IMG/VR virus record: IMGVR_UViG_3300022217_000193
Coordinates: 1-37,913 of that record
Length of the DNA: 37,913 nucleotides
DNA from: a virus
Lineage: Duplodnaviria > Caudoviricetes
Reading direction: 5' to 3' (one strand)
Positions 27,370 through 35,303 of the stretch are shown here, piece by piece; position 1 is the stretch's first letter; every line of letters begins with the position of its first letter. The notes beneath the pieces were generated by a model, which saw nothing but the letters and a program-made list of their open reading frames with translations, was not told the origin of the DNA and ran no database searches. Both the position numbers and the translations under genes were made by a program.

Positions 27370-27461
27370 CCCCTGTGTCCCTGTTTGTTAACCTGCCTTT
27401 TTAGAACCCTCCGGCCTTGTTGCTTTATTAGTGTATTAATATCTCTTTGCCGAAAGGTTCT

Positions 27462-27489
27462 AAAAAAGCCCCCGCCTCTGTGGGCGGGG
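27462..27489 (-). terminator. Intrinsic terminator within the early operon
   Basis: CCCCGCC-loop-GGCGGGG followed by a T6 tract on the minus strand. Confidence 0.7.
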
Positions 27490-27503
27490 TATAAAAGGAG
27501 GCG

Positions 27504-27698
27504 TTACGCGTTTATGGCCGCTCGCCATAATGCTATGATTAAAACCAGCCATAAAGCCGGCCTGAAAACCTCGCCTAATGAGTCCTTAATCAACCAAGTC
27601 CACCTGAAAGGCTCTATTCCGTCATCCTCCATCCTTTCGATTACGTCAAAATGCCCCGCATGGGCCAGATTGATTTTAAGGAGCGTCTTTTCGTTCAT
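27504..27698 (-). CDS. Small membrane protein
   Basis: C-terminal hydrophobic helix; coupled to the upstream ORF. Confidence 0.55.
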   Translation of the reverse strand: MNEKTLLKINLAHAGHFDVIERMEDDGIEPFRWTWLIKDSLGEVFRPALWLVLIIALWRAAINA

Positions 27699-27883
27699 TT
27701 ATGTCCCTGGCAAGCTTTGCAGTTATCACACATTAAATTCCCCTTTTCATACTTGAGTTTTGCTTCACTGATAGGAATAGGGGTGTTAGGCTCTTCACTC
27801 CAAAAACAACAAATTCTCCCTTCCGTTGGTGACGGCTCAAAGGCCCTGAACTGCTGAAACTCTTTTGGCTGTTCCTTGTCCAT
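27695..27883 (-). CDS. Small Cys-containing hypothetical protein
   Basis: GAGGAGG RBS; CC..., CDNCKAC. Confidence 0.55.
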   Translation of the reverse strand: MDKEQPKEFQQFRAFEPSPTEGRICCFWSEEPNTPIPISEAKLKYEKGNLMCDNCKACQGHK

Positions 27884-28223
27884 TAACTTCCTCCTCTATC
27901 ATTGAAAAAAGGTTCTCTATGGGGTCGGATTTCAAATAAAAAGGGATGTCATAAAGCACAGCCTCGTCTTGAGCGTCAAAATTACCTGACATGATGATCA
28001 CTTTACGGCCCTTTTTCTTCATCCGCTTTGCCAGTGAAAGACCTGTATCTGAATGCGGGCCGAGGTCATGATCTGTCAGGAGTAAGTCAGCCGCACAAGC
28101 TCTCATTAGAGCTTCCGCTCCCGTTGCCGAAGTATGCAGATAAATGTCATATCCCTTGCTTTTAAACAGCCGACCCATTATTTTCCGCATGTCTTCTCTG
28201 TCATCAATAATCAATATCCTCAT
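27837..28223 (-). CDS. Single-domain response regulator receiver (CheY-like)
   Basis: ILIIDD acidic pocket, LLLTDHDL phospho-Asp, DTGLSL, IIMSG, conserved Lys in FYLK. Confidence 0.88.
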   Translation of the reverse strand: MRILIIDDREDMRKIMGRLFKSKGYDIYLHTSATGAEALMRACAADLLLTDHDLGPHSDTGLSLAKRMKKKGRKVIIMSGNFDAQDEAVLYDIPFYLKSDPIENLFSMIEEEVNGQGTAKRVSAVQGL

Positions 28224-28324
28224 ACCCGCCCCCTTTTTTCATCCGAAGTAAACAACCTGAAAATCCCTCGCAGCAAATCAAAGATGTTGTATGCCTTCTT
28301 TGCCTTCCTGATTTTCCTTTTCAT
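28220..28324 (-). CDS. Small basic peptide (34 aa)
   Basis: MKRKIRKAKKAYNIFDLLRGIFRLFTSDEKRGRV; stop overlaps the receiver ATG (ATGA). Confidence 0.45.
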   Translation of the reverse strand: MKRKIRKAKKAYNIFDLLRGIFRLFTSDEKRGRV

Positions 28325-28369
28325 AGCGTCCCCCTTTTCTTCCTCTGCGTCTCTGCGCGAGAAACTGGT

Positions 28370-28648
28370 TTAAATTATCCTCACCCCACCCAGAACCAAC
28401 TCACACAGCCCATACTTGACTTTTAAAATCCTGATAGCATTTCTGCTGCCCTCTTTGGCTTGAGCAATGAGTGATTGCCTGAGTGTATGCTCTCTCGCGG
28501 ATAAAACATCCGCTTTAACATCGTTTAATTCCATCCATTCCTCACGACAGGCCGAGGAACAAAACTCCCTCGGCGTTGACCCGCTCACATATCCTGATAT
28601 TCCCCCACAGTTAACGCAGGTCGGTTTAACATCTAAATCGTCAATCAT
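28370..28648 (-). CDS. Zinc-finger hypothetical protein
   Basis: CVNC...FCSSAC. Confidence 0.65.
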   Translation of the reverse strand: MIDDLDVKPTCVNCGGISGYVSGSTPREFCSSACREEWMELNDVKADVLSAREHTLRQSLIAQAKEGSRNAIRILKVKYGLCELVLGGVRII

Positions 28649-28920
28649 GACACCACCGCCAGTCGTCTCTTATGCTTCGCAGGTTTCCTGGTTGCCTCCA
28701 CGCGGGTGCCTCGCTTCCAGTTGATGTAATCAACAAGGTCGGCATGATCAATGGTGATCTCCGTCCCCCTTGCCCGCTGGCGATAGGAAATATTCCCTTT
28801 CCTGATATCCTTGCGAAGGGTAGGGATAGCGCATCCGGCTATCTCTGCCGCTTCCTCGATGGTGTAATATTTGAGTTCTTCGGCTTTCATATCTACCGCC
28901 TGCCCCTGTTCGCCTTGCAA
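28645..28920 (-). CDS. Excisionase-like helix-turn-helix protein
   Basis: YYTIEEAAEIAGCAIPTLRKDIRKG; true start may be the downstream MKAEEL. Confidence 0.75.
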   Translation of the reverse strand: MQGEQGQAVDMKAEELKYYTIEEAAEIAGCAIPTLRKDIRKGNISYRQRARGTEITIDHADLVDYINWKRGTRVEATRKPAKHKRRLAVVS

Positions 28921-29387
28921 TTAAGGCTCGATATTTTCATGGAAACAAGAATTGCCTCGATAGCTTCCCATCCGTCCTTATTAATCTGCTTTAGCTCGTC
29001 ACGGTCAATATCTCCGCTCTCGATAGAGGCAGTTAAGACAGAAATAAACTCACCGGCTTCTTTCAGCGCAGGGAGTGTCTTGCTGATCAGTTCTTTCGGT
29101 TCGTCACATTCGTCAATAGTGGGTAGTTCAATGGCAACCCGTTTGAATTGGTGTTCCAGATATTCAAGAGGGGCAAAGGGTTGTAATTTGGGGTAATCTT
29201 TCTGGAGCTTTAAAGAGGTGTGAATAAGTTCCTCTACCCTGTCTACAGGATTAAGTGAACCCGTCGAAGTATAGTCATCAGTAGGGCGCATCCATCTATC
29301 GATAGAACTCTTGCAAAGTCTGAGGGGTTTGGCGAATAATTCAGATAAAGGTCCGACGCACTTTTTTATCGCTTCCCAGCTATCCAT
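28893..29387 (-). CDS. Phage regulatory protein, CII-like
   Basis: N-terminal HTH-like segment, NPVDRVE, C-terminal SGDIDRDELKQI typical of phage CII-type regulators; early position. Confidence 0.6.
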   Translation of the reverse strand: MDSWEAIKKCVGPLSELFAKPLRLCKSSIDRWMRPTDDYTSTGSLNPVDRVEELIHTSLKLQKDYPKLQPFAPLEYLEHQFKRVAIELPTIDECDEPKELISKTLPALKEAGEFISVLTASIESGDIDRDELKQINKDGWEAIEAILVSMKISSLNCKANRGRR

Positions 29388-29509
29388 TGTTAACCACCAT
29401 TACATTTTTAGGGATATTGTGTAATTGATCTATGGAACCCACGACCCCTATACTTAAACTCATGAGAGAGAAAAAAGGTTTTTTTATGAAGATAACTTGT
29501 GCTAAATTG

Positions 29510-29625
29510 GAAAGAGCGACCCTGCAACGTCCGGCTAACGTTTCGGCAGGGCCGCTCAATCTAAGGTTTCTTGCGGCCAGAATAGAGGGGAGGGACGCTA
29601 ATCCAGAACCCTCGGCCTCCGGCCT
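29510..29625 (-). ncRNA. Putative structured regulatory RNA (two hairpins) in the early leader
   Basis: Stems GGCCGGA/TCTGGCC with GAGGG/CCCTC, and GAGCGGCCCTGC/GCAGGGTCGCTC; contains an 11-nt complement to repeated RBS sequences. Confidence 0.4.
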
Positions 29626-29720
29626 CAAGCTGTTTGATGTGATTTTCTGGTTAAATCTTTTCAAGGTTAGCGTCCCTTTGATTAATGGTTTAAAATTTCA
29701 GAATCCCGGAGGTGGTGGTA

Positions 29721-29948
29721 ATGTCAAATGAAAACGAGAAAGATGAGCTTACATCTGAAGCTCTTTATAGTATTGCTAAAAGTTTACGTTTGCTCGGCAT
29801 GGGCAATATTGACAGAGGAGATACAGCACTCGGTGCGATAGAAGGCTTGACCATGCAGGTTAAAGAATCAAACGAAAAAATTGCAGACTCGCTCTCCGAT
29901 GTTGCAGAGGCGATCCGCGAACTGGCTCAGGCTGTCGGCTCGAAATAA
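29721..29948 (+). CDS. Small helical hypothetical protein, antisense to the early operon
   Basis: GGAGGTGG RBS before ATG 29721 (MSNENEK); coiled-coil-like composition. Confidence 0.6.
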   Translation: MSNENEKDELTSEALYSIAKSLRLLGMGNIDRGDTALGAIEGLTMQVKESNEKIADSLSDVAEAIRELAQAVGSK

Positions 29949-30109
29949 CAGCTGTCTGCGCCGATGGTTTCACCGTTTTCCAACTCAAGCAGCATGACCT
30001 TGTCGCCCTTGCGATTAGCCAGCTCTTGAGTAGCAATAACTTTTGAAGATTGAAGAATGGTATTGAACGGCGGTCTGTAATAAATTTTTTTATTTATAAA
30101 TTGTTCCAT
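29927..30109 (-). CDS. Hypothetical protein, first gene of the early operon (no HTH evident)
   Basis: First ATG after the early promoter, AAGGGA RBS. Confidence 0.55.
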   Translation of the reverse strand: MEQFINKKIYYRPPFNTILQSSKVIATQELANRKGDKVMLLELENGETIGADSCYFEPTA

Positions 30110-30174
30110 GTTTAGCGTCCCTTTGGTTTGAAGGTTTAATTTTTTGTGAGAGTTTTTCTCTCTTCTTAACTAAA

Positions 30175-30223
30175 AGCATAAATCCCAAATTGGGAAATGT
30201 CAACTATTATTTACAAACTGGGA
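30175..30223 (-). promoter_or_regulatory. Early lytic promoter with operator palindrome
   Basis: TTGACA (30203-30198), 17 bp, TATGCT (30180-30175); spacer holds TCCCAA-A-TTGGGA (30183-30195); degenerate second copy TTACAAACTGGGA (30211-30223). Confidence 0.8.
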
Positions 30224-30234
30224 ATTAATATTTT

Positions 30235-30708
30235 ATGACTGATGCCGAAAAAATAAAAAAAATACGTGAAATCACAGGGTTAAGCGGAACTAAGTTTGCT
30301 GAAGAAATAGGTGCGGGTGGTCCGAGTACGATTTTAAATTATGAAAAAAACCTTTCACCGGTGAGTAAAACAGTGTGGCTGGCCATCGAATACCGCTTTG
30401 GCCACCTCTTCCAGTGGGTAGAAGAAAAGGACGGCACAAAGTATGTAGAGGCAAAGCCTCAAGAACCGCCCACAACAAAAGAGCAAAATGAAAGTGAACT
30501 TTATGGCAACCCTCCTGTCTCAATTCTTAACAGGAAGTTGAACAAGCTTTTTGAAACCCTTCCGGCAAATATCCAAATGGGCGTGGTCAGTGCTATAGAA
30601 ACTTATATCTCCACCATGCCAGAGAGTGCCGACAAGAATAAGGTTGAAGAAGCTTATGACGACTTCAAGAAAACATACATGGAGGAGGAACTGCGAAAAA
30701 TGGGGTAA
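30235..30708 (+). CDS. XRE-family HTH repressor (CI-like, no S24 peptidase domain)
   Basis: IKKIREITGLSGTKFAEEIG...TILNYEK; divergent from the early promoter. Confidence 0.85.
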   Translation: MTDAEKIKKIREITGLSGTKFAEEIGAGGPSTILNYEKNLSPVSKTVWLAIEYRFGHLFQWVEEKDGTKYVEAKPQEPPTTKEQNESELYGNPPVSILNRKLNKLFETLPANIQMGVVSAIETYISTMPESADKNKVEEAYDDFKKTYMEEELRKMG

Positions 30709-30716
30709 CTAAAGTT

Positions 30717-31082
30717 TTGTTTTTAGCACTGCTGGCCAGCCTGCTGTCAGGCTGCCTGGAAATCACTGATCTAATAAAAATGGATCAGGCCGCCGCAAAC
30801 CTTAACCAACATATCCAGACTACATCATCACCGATCACACCACCACCGGCAACCACACCACCGACCATCATCGAAATACTGGATAAAAATACTGAGAACA
30901 TGCTTGCTGCCGAGGCCGTTCTGGCCCTTTCTCTCTGCCTTGTAGTCATGCGGAGAAAAAGAAAAGAGACTATTAAAACGATAGAACTGGGACCCGCCGA
31001 CAAAGCACAGCTCCAGTTCCTGGCAGGTTCTCTGAATGGCTTTGTTAAAAAGCTGGAAGTTACCGACACAGGACGCCACTAA
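30717..31082 (+). CDS. Hypothetical membrane protein (start uncertain)
   Basis: Possible lipobox LSGC, Pro/Thr linker, one TM segment followed by RRKRK. Confidence 0.5.
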   Translation: MFLALLASLLSGCLEITDLIKMDQAAANLNQHIQTTSSPITPPPATTPPTIIEILDKNTENMLAAEAVLALSLCLVVMRRKRKETIKTIELGPADKAQLQFLAGSLNGFVKKLEVTDTGRH

Positions 31083-31198
31083 GGAAAAACCGGTAAAAAA
31101 CGGCAACAGGCAATATATGTCGCAGATATAGCAATATGTGTCGCGACAGGGGTGGAGGTTTGTTATGATTTCAGGGGAAAGTTTCAGAAAGGATAGGT

Positions 31199-31939
31199 AT
31201 GGAGAGCACAACTTCAGAAGTAACAAAGCAAGTTTCAGGTTGGACACCAGAATTAATAGTTGATTTGATAGAAAAAGCAGCGTGGCCAGTAGTCGTTTTA
31301 ATTTTAGGATGGCATTTTAAAGGTAAAATAATAAGTGTGATCTCAAGTTTTTTTGGCAATGCTGACGTGAAAGAAGTCTCAGTTGGACCTTCAGGTATTA
31401 CAACCAAATTTGACACTACCAGACAAAGTGAGAAAATAAAAGGACCTATACGTGATGAAGTCAGTGAGTTGCAGGATAATGCAGACCTTAAGACTATGAA
31501 GGAGAAGCAAAAGGCGAACAGTACGCCGTATAGTGAGAAGCTCTATGACGATTTTAATGCTCAACTTGAAAAATTGAAGATTGATGACAATGAAAAGATC
31601 GAGATATTGACTAGGGACTTATCTCTATCTCAGGTAGGGTTGAGGTTTGCTCTTATAAATAAGGTGTTATTCAGGTCTCAATATGACCTATTCAGTGAGA
31701 TGTATTCTAATAATGATGGCGTGTCAGAACAGTACATCAAGTTATATTTTTATAACTTAATCAAGAATGCCTCTGATGTGTGGAGTGGGTGGGATTGGAG
31801 TATGTATATTTCTTATCCTGTGAGAGTAGGCTTGGTTGAATTCAAAGAAGAGAAATATATCTTGACAACCGTAGGGACTTCATATGTTTCGTATATGAAG
31901 CGGAATGTTGATTTTGTTAATGATTTGACAAAACTGTAA
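31199..31939 (+). CDS. Membrane-anchored accessory protein
   Basis: AT-rich ORF; N-terminal TM AAWPVVVLILGW; C-terminal segment ending in LTTVG resembles a winged helix. Confidence 0.75.
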   Translation: MESTTSEVTKQVSGWTPELIVDLIEKAAWPVVVLILGWHFKGKIISVISSFFGNADVKEVSVGPSGITTKFDTTRQSEKIKGPIRDEVSELQDNADLKTMKEKQKANSTPYSEKLYDDFNAQLEKLKIDDNEKIEILTRDLSLSQVGLRFALINKVLFRSQYDLFSEMYSNNDGVSEQYIKLYFYNLIKNASDVWSGWDWSMYISYPVRVGLVEFKEEKYILTTVGTSYVSYMKRNVDFVNDLTKL

Positions 31940-31957
31940 GCAACAAGCGTAGCAAGC

Positions 31958-31983
31958 GTAGGATGGGTGAAACCCATCAAATA
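31958..31983 (+). repeat. REP-like palindrome GTAG-GATGGGT-GAA-ACCCATC
   Basis: GTAG tetranucleotide plus hairpin; related hairpins at 32557-32577 and 35429-35445. Confidence 0.6.
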
Positions 31984-31987
31984 GCCA

Positions 31988-32539
31988 ATGAATGAAATGA
32001 GTGATGAATCAACTTCAAGTGAACGACTTTGCCGTCATTGTAAGCTGGTGATCGATAGGGAGGCTTCGGTTTGTCCCCATTGCCAAAAACATCAGGGAAC
32101 GGTTTGGGTAATATTTGACAAAATTGGGGTGGTTGGCGCTTTAATTTTAATAATTATAGCATGTCTTCAGTTTGTCGAAGCACGTCAGCAACGCATTGAG
32201 GCGCAAAAAGCTGTAGCTGAGGCAAAAGAGGCCCGCAGTCAAGCGCAAGATGCAGCAGCACAAGCACAGCAAACAGCAAACCTTATTAAAAAAACTGAAC
32301 AAGAATTACGGCAGTTAGGTTTATCACTTTCTAAAATCAGCTATCTCCAGCTTGCCTGGAAAGGTAATTTTGCAAAAGAAAATCAAATAGGTACTAATGA
32401 GATTGTAGCAGAACTCAATAGAGCTATTAAGCGAAGTATGCCCGACAATGAAAAACGCGACAAATGGTTAAGAGAAAACGTTAATGATTATTTACCAGAA
32501 AAACAGCGGAAGAAAAAAGAATCTCAAGAAATTGATTAA
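31988..32539 (+). CDS. Zinc-ribbon, transmembrane, coiled-coil accessory protein
   Basis: CRHC...CPHC, TM helix, Ala/Gln heptads. Confidence 0.75.
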   Translation: MNEMSDESTSSERLCRHCKLVIDREASVCPHCQKHQGTVWVIFDKIGVVGALILIIIACLQFVEARQQRIEAQKAVAEAKEARSQAQDAAAQAQQTANLIKKTEQELRQLGLSLSKISYLQLAWKGNFAKENQIGTNEIVAELNRAIKRSMPDNEKRDKWLRENVNDYLPEKQRKKKESQEID

Positions 32540-32594
32540 TTGCTAGAGAGCGCAAAATGGGCACCGCCCATCAAATAAAAATCGGAGGGGTGTT

Positions 32595-33122
32595 ATGAGA
32601 AGAGTTTTTTTGTTGGTTATGTTGGTTTTGTTGAGTGACAAGGCCTACGCGCTTAAGGCTATAGAGGGTGCTTTTGGTTATAAATTTGGGGGGTCATATG
32701 ACAAAAAAGATGAGGTTCTTGTTGAAAATTCCGAACCCGGTACTTTGACTGTTGCTGTTAAACCGCCAAAACCTTATAAGACATTTGAATTTTATGCTCT
32801 GTCACTAACTCCTGTCACAAAAAAAATATACATGATTTCAGCTTCCGGTAAAAGAACGTCCACCTATGACTGCAAAGAAGAATCTAAAACAATAGCAGAA
32901 CTCCTTAAAAAAAAATATCTCATAACAGACCACTCTGGCCCCTCTGACAAGATAACTGGCACTTCTAAGCTGATGAGTGGGGGTAAAGCAATTATGCTTA
33001 TGTGTAGGGGCTTCACTGAGGTGGAATTAATGATCACATATGTTGACCCGGAATTATCAAAACTAGCTGAAAAAGAAAAAATGACTGTTATTTCTAAAGA
33101 GGTGGACCATTCAGGGCTATAA
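32595..33122 (+). CDS. Secreted/periplasmic hypothetical protein
   Basis: GGAGG RBS; signal peptide ending AYA; GAFGYKFG. Confidence 0.75.
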   Translation: MRRVFLLVMLVLLSDKAYALKAIEGAFGYKFGGSYDKKDEVLVENSEPGTLTVAVKPPKPYKTFEFYALSLTPVTKKIYMISASGKRTSTYDCKEESKTIAELLKKKYLITDHSGPSDKITGTSKLMSGGKAIMLMCRGFTEVELMITYVDPELSKLAEKEKMTVISKEVDHSGL

Positions 33123-33159
33123 ACTCATCGTTAATGGATTTTTATTTATCATTTTATGT

Positions 33160-33480
33160 TTGCCGTTAAATAGTTTTGCCGGAAGGCTGCATCCTGAAAA
33201 ATGGTATCAGAAAAAATGGTGTGAAGAGCAAAACGGTATTATTGAATATAAGCTACCCGATAAAACCCGTGTGGATTGTCTGACAGAAAAATATGCAATA
33301 GAGGTTGATTTTGCTGATAAGTGGGCTGAAGCAATAGGGCAATCACTCTATTACGCATATCAGACAAACCGGCAACCCGGCATTATTATTATTATGGAAA
33401 AAGAGTCAGACGACAGGTATTTAAAAAGGCTCTTGGTTGTTGCAGAAGAATTATCAATAGTTGTCTGGACGATAAAATAA
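33160..33480 (+). CDS. Small PD-(D/E)xK-fold-like protein (start uncertain)
   Basis: E...RVDCLT..AIEVD..KWAEAIGQSLYY pattern. Confidence 0.6.
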   Translation: MPLNSFAGRLHPEKWYQKKWCEEQNGIIEYKLPDKTRVDCLTEKYAIEVDFADKWAEAIGQSLYYAYQTNRQPGIIIIMEKESDDRYLKRLLVVAEELSIVVWTIK

Positions 33481-33492
33481 TCAATTAACAAA

Positions 33493-34692
33493 ATGCCTCA
33501 TCTCTACCCGCATAAAATCCACGGATACCAGGTTGTCTATCGGGTTTTTTTTCCCGACGGCACTTATATTGATAAGAGCAAAACCCGCAAGCGCAAATAT
33601 GCCGCTCAGGATATCCTGTCCGATGTGAGCGACCTGGAGAACCATTCCCGGCAGGGGTCAGTCACAAAGGAAGAGGTGATTTACTACCTCAACAAGAAAT
33701 ATATTACCCAGGCCGAAGCCGACGCCCTCAACGGCGGCAGGAAGATCGCTGCTGAAGATATCAGTCGGGCCGTAGATGATTATCTCCTTACATCGGAAAT
33801 CAAGAGCACCCCGGCGACACATAAGGTTAATAAAGTAAGGGCCGAAAAAATAAAGGCCTGGCTCGAAGAGAAGGGATTGTCAACACTGGAAAGCCGCGAC
33901 GTGGAACAATACATTGCCGACAGGAAAAGCGGTGCCCGTGTTCATCCTCACAAAATCAGTCCCTTTGTAAAAAAAGGAGTTTCCGACAAGACCATCAAGG
34001 AAGAACTGCTCGTCATGCAAATGATTATAGATAAGGCCGTCAAGCTGGGTATGGTAGAGAAGAATGTCGCCAGAGAGATCACCGTCAAGGTAAAAAAGAA
34101 GAAACTCCGCCGGGCCTATTCAAAGGATGAAGTCAAGGCGATTATCCAGTCAGCAAGAGAGAATAAACACCTTGCCCATGGCTACGGATACGAACTTTTT
34201 ATGACGGCCCTTTATACGGGGTTCCGTCGCGGTCAACTCCGCGTTCTGGAATGGGAGCGAGATGTTGACTTCGAGAACGGCCTTGTTCATTCCCAGGGGA
34301 AAGAGATCGAGGGAGAGGCTGACTTTACCACAAAAAGCGGCAATACGGTCACTGTCGTTATGCCAGGACAACTGAGGGCCGTCCTGGAGACTCTATATAA
34401 TAGTAGGGGAGGGGAGGGCAGCTTCGTTTTCGGGGGAGAGGCACCTATCTCTATCAACGTGATTAGCACCGTAATAAAAACAATCATCCTTCGCGCCGGT
34501 GTAGACCCTAAACTATCCCTCCATCATGCCCGCCACACCTTTATTTCAGAAGTGTTAAAAAGGTCTAAAGGTGACCTTAGATATACACAAGAAAGAGCGG
34601 GACATAGGGACATCCAGAGCACAAAAGCCTACGCCCATGTCATCACCCCGGACCATGCTCCTGAAATCGACATGGATTTTGAAATGCCGTAG
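33493..34692 (+). CDS. int: Tyrosine integrase
   Basis: YTGFRRGQ (R), TKSG (K), HHARH (HxxR), AGH, KAY (Y). Confidence 0.93.
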   Translation: MPHLYPHKIHGYQVVYRVFFPDGTYIDKSKTRKRKYAAQDILSDVSDLENHSRQGSVTKEEVIYYLNKKYITQAEADALNGGRKIAAEDISRAVDDYLLTSEIKSTPATHKVNKVRAEKIKAWLEEKGLSTLESRDVEQYIADRKSGARVHPHKISPFVKKGVSDKTIKEELLVMQMIIDKAVKLGMVEKNVAREITVKVKKKKLRRAYSKDEVKAIIQSARENKHLAHGYGYELFMTALYTGFRRGQLRVLEWERDVDFENGLVHSQGKEIEGEADFTTKSGNTVTVVMPGQLRAVLETLYNSRGGEGSFVFGGEAPISINVISTVIKTIILRAGVDPKLSLHHARHTFISEVLKRSKGDLRYTQERAGHRDIQSTKAYAHVITPDHAPEIDMDFEMP

Positions 34693-34856
34693 TTTTATTT
34701 TTGCTTATCTTATAGAACACTACTTCCTGTAAGTGTTAAAAACACCCTTCCTTTAAAAGTGGCAGCTTTCAACTGGAAAGTTGCAATTTCTAGAACAATA
34801 TGGTTAAACTTACTTAGCTGAAAATACTAAACCGCAAAAGTGCGGTATAATCATAG

Positions 34857-35297
34857 GTTAGGCATTTTGGAACGGAAAGTGGCAATTAAGCTTAAAAAGA
34901 TAATCGGAATTTTATTCTTACTATCTGTGAGTGCAGTTGTAATGATATCAAGTTTTAGTGTCATGTGGTCTTATGGAGAGTATACAAATGTTAGAGCTAT
35001 CCTATTTACAGCAGTTTTGGCAATCGTCGCGCCCTATTTAGCTGTAAGGTTTTTGCATGTTCGTTGGTGGTTGCCAAGTTTATTGCTGGTTCTACCTATG
35101 GTGGCTATGGTAATTGAAGGTTTTATAAGTCCAATTTCCCACCCATATTTTTTTATACCACCTATTATATTGGTGTCATTAGCAGCGTTACTTGCAGGTA
35201 AAGTCGGTGATCATAGTGCTAGTTCCGGCCATGCCTAACCATGCGCTCACTGGGACCTCTCAAAGCTTCGCTTTGTTCGGCACCTTAGCTTAAATCG
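34857..35297 (+). mobile_element. Integron gene cassette (apparently eroded) inserted in the phage
   Basis: Core site GTTAGGC at 34857-34863 is the exact complement of GCCTAAC at 35233-35239, which contains the ORF stop; attC-like hairpin follows. Confidence 0.75.
34879..35238 (+). CDS. Cassette-encoded four-helix membrane protein
   Basis: Likely GTG 34879 (MAIKLKKIIG); four hydrophobic segments; stop inside the inverse core site. Confidence 0.7.
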   Translation: MAIKLKKIIGILFLLSVSAVVMISSFSVMWSYGEYTNVRAILFTAVLAIVAPYLAVRFLHVRWWLPSLLLVLPMVAMVIEGFISPISHPYFFIPPIILVSLAALLAGKVGDHSASSGHA

Positions 35298-35303
35298 TCG
35301 ATA
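35233..35303 (+). other. attC-like site (degenerate)
   Basis: GCCTAAC-CATGC-GCTCA...GGGAC...CAAAG CTTCG CTTTG...CCTTAGC-TTAAATC-GTCGATA; R' deviates from GTTRRRY and L-box pairing is imperfect. Confidence 0.68.

Noticed and set aside
29380-29664. Cro repressor
   Set aside because: No HTH pattern; the ORF runs through the RNA hairpins and its coding status is uncertain.
33493-34692. Integron integrase with a full integron
   Set aside because: No IntI-specific insertion or motifs recognised; a tRNA-type attP explains the enzyme; only one cassette and no clear attI.
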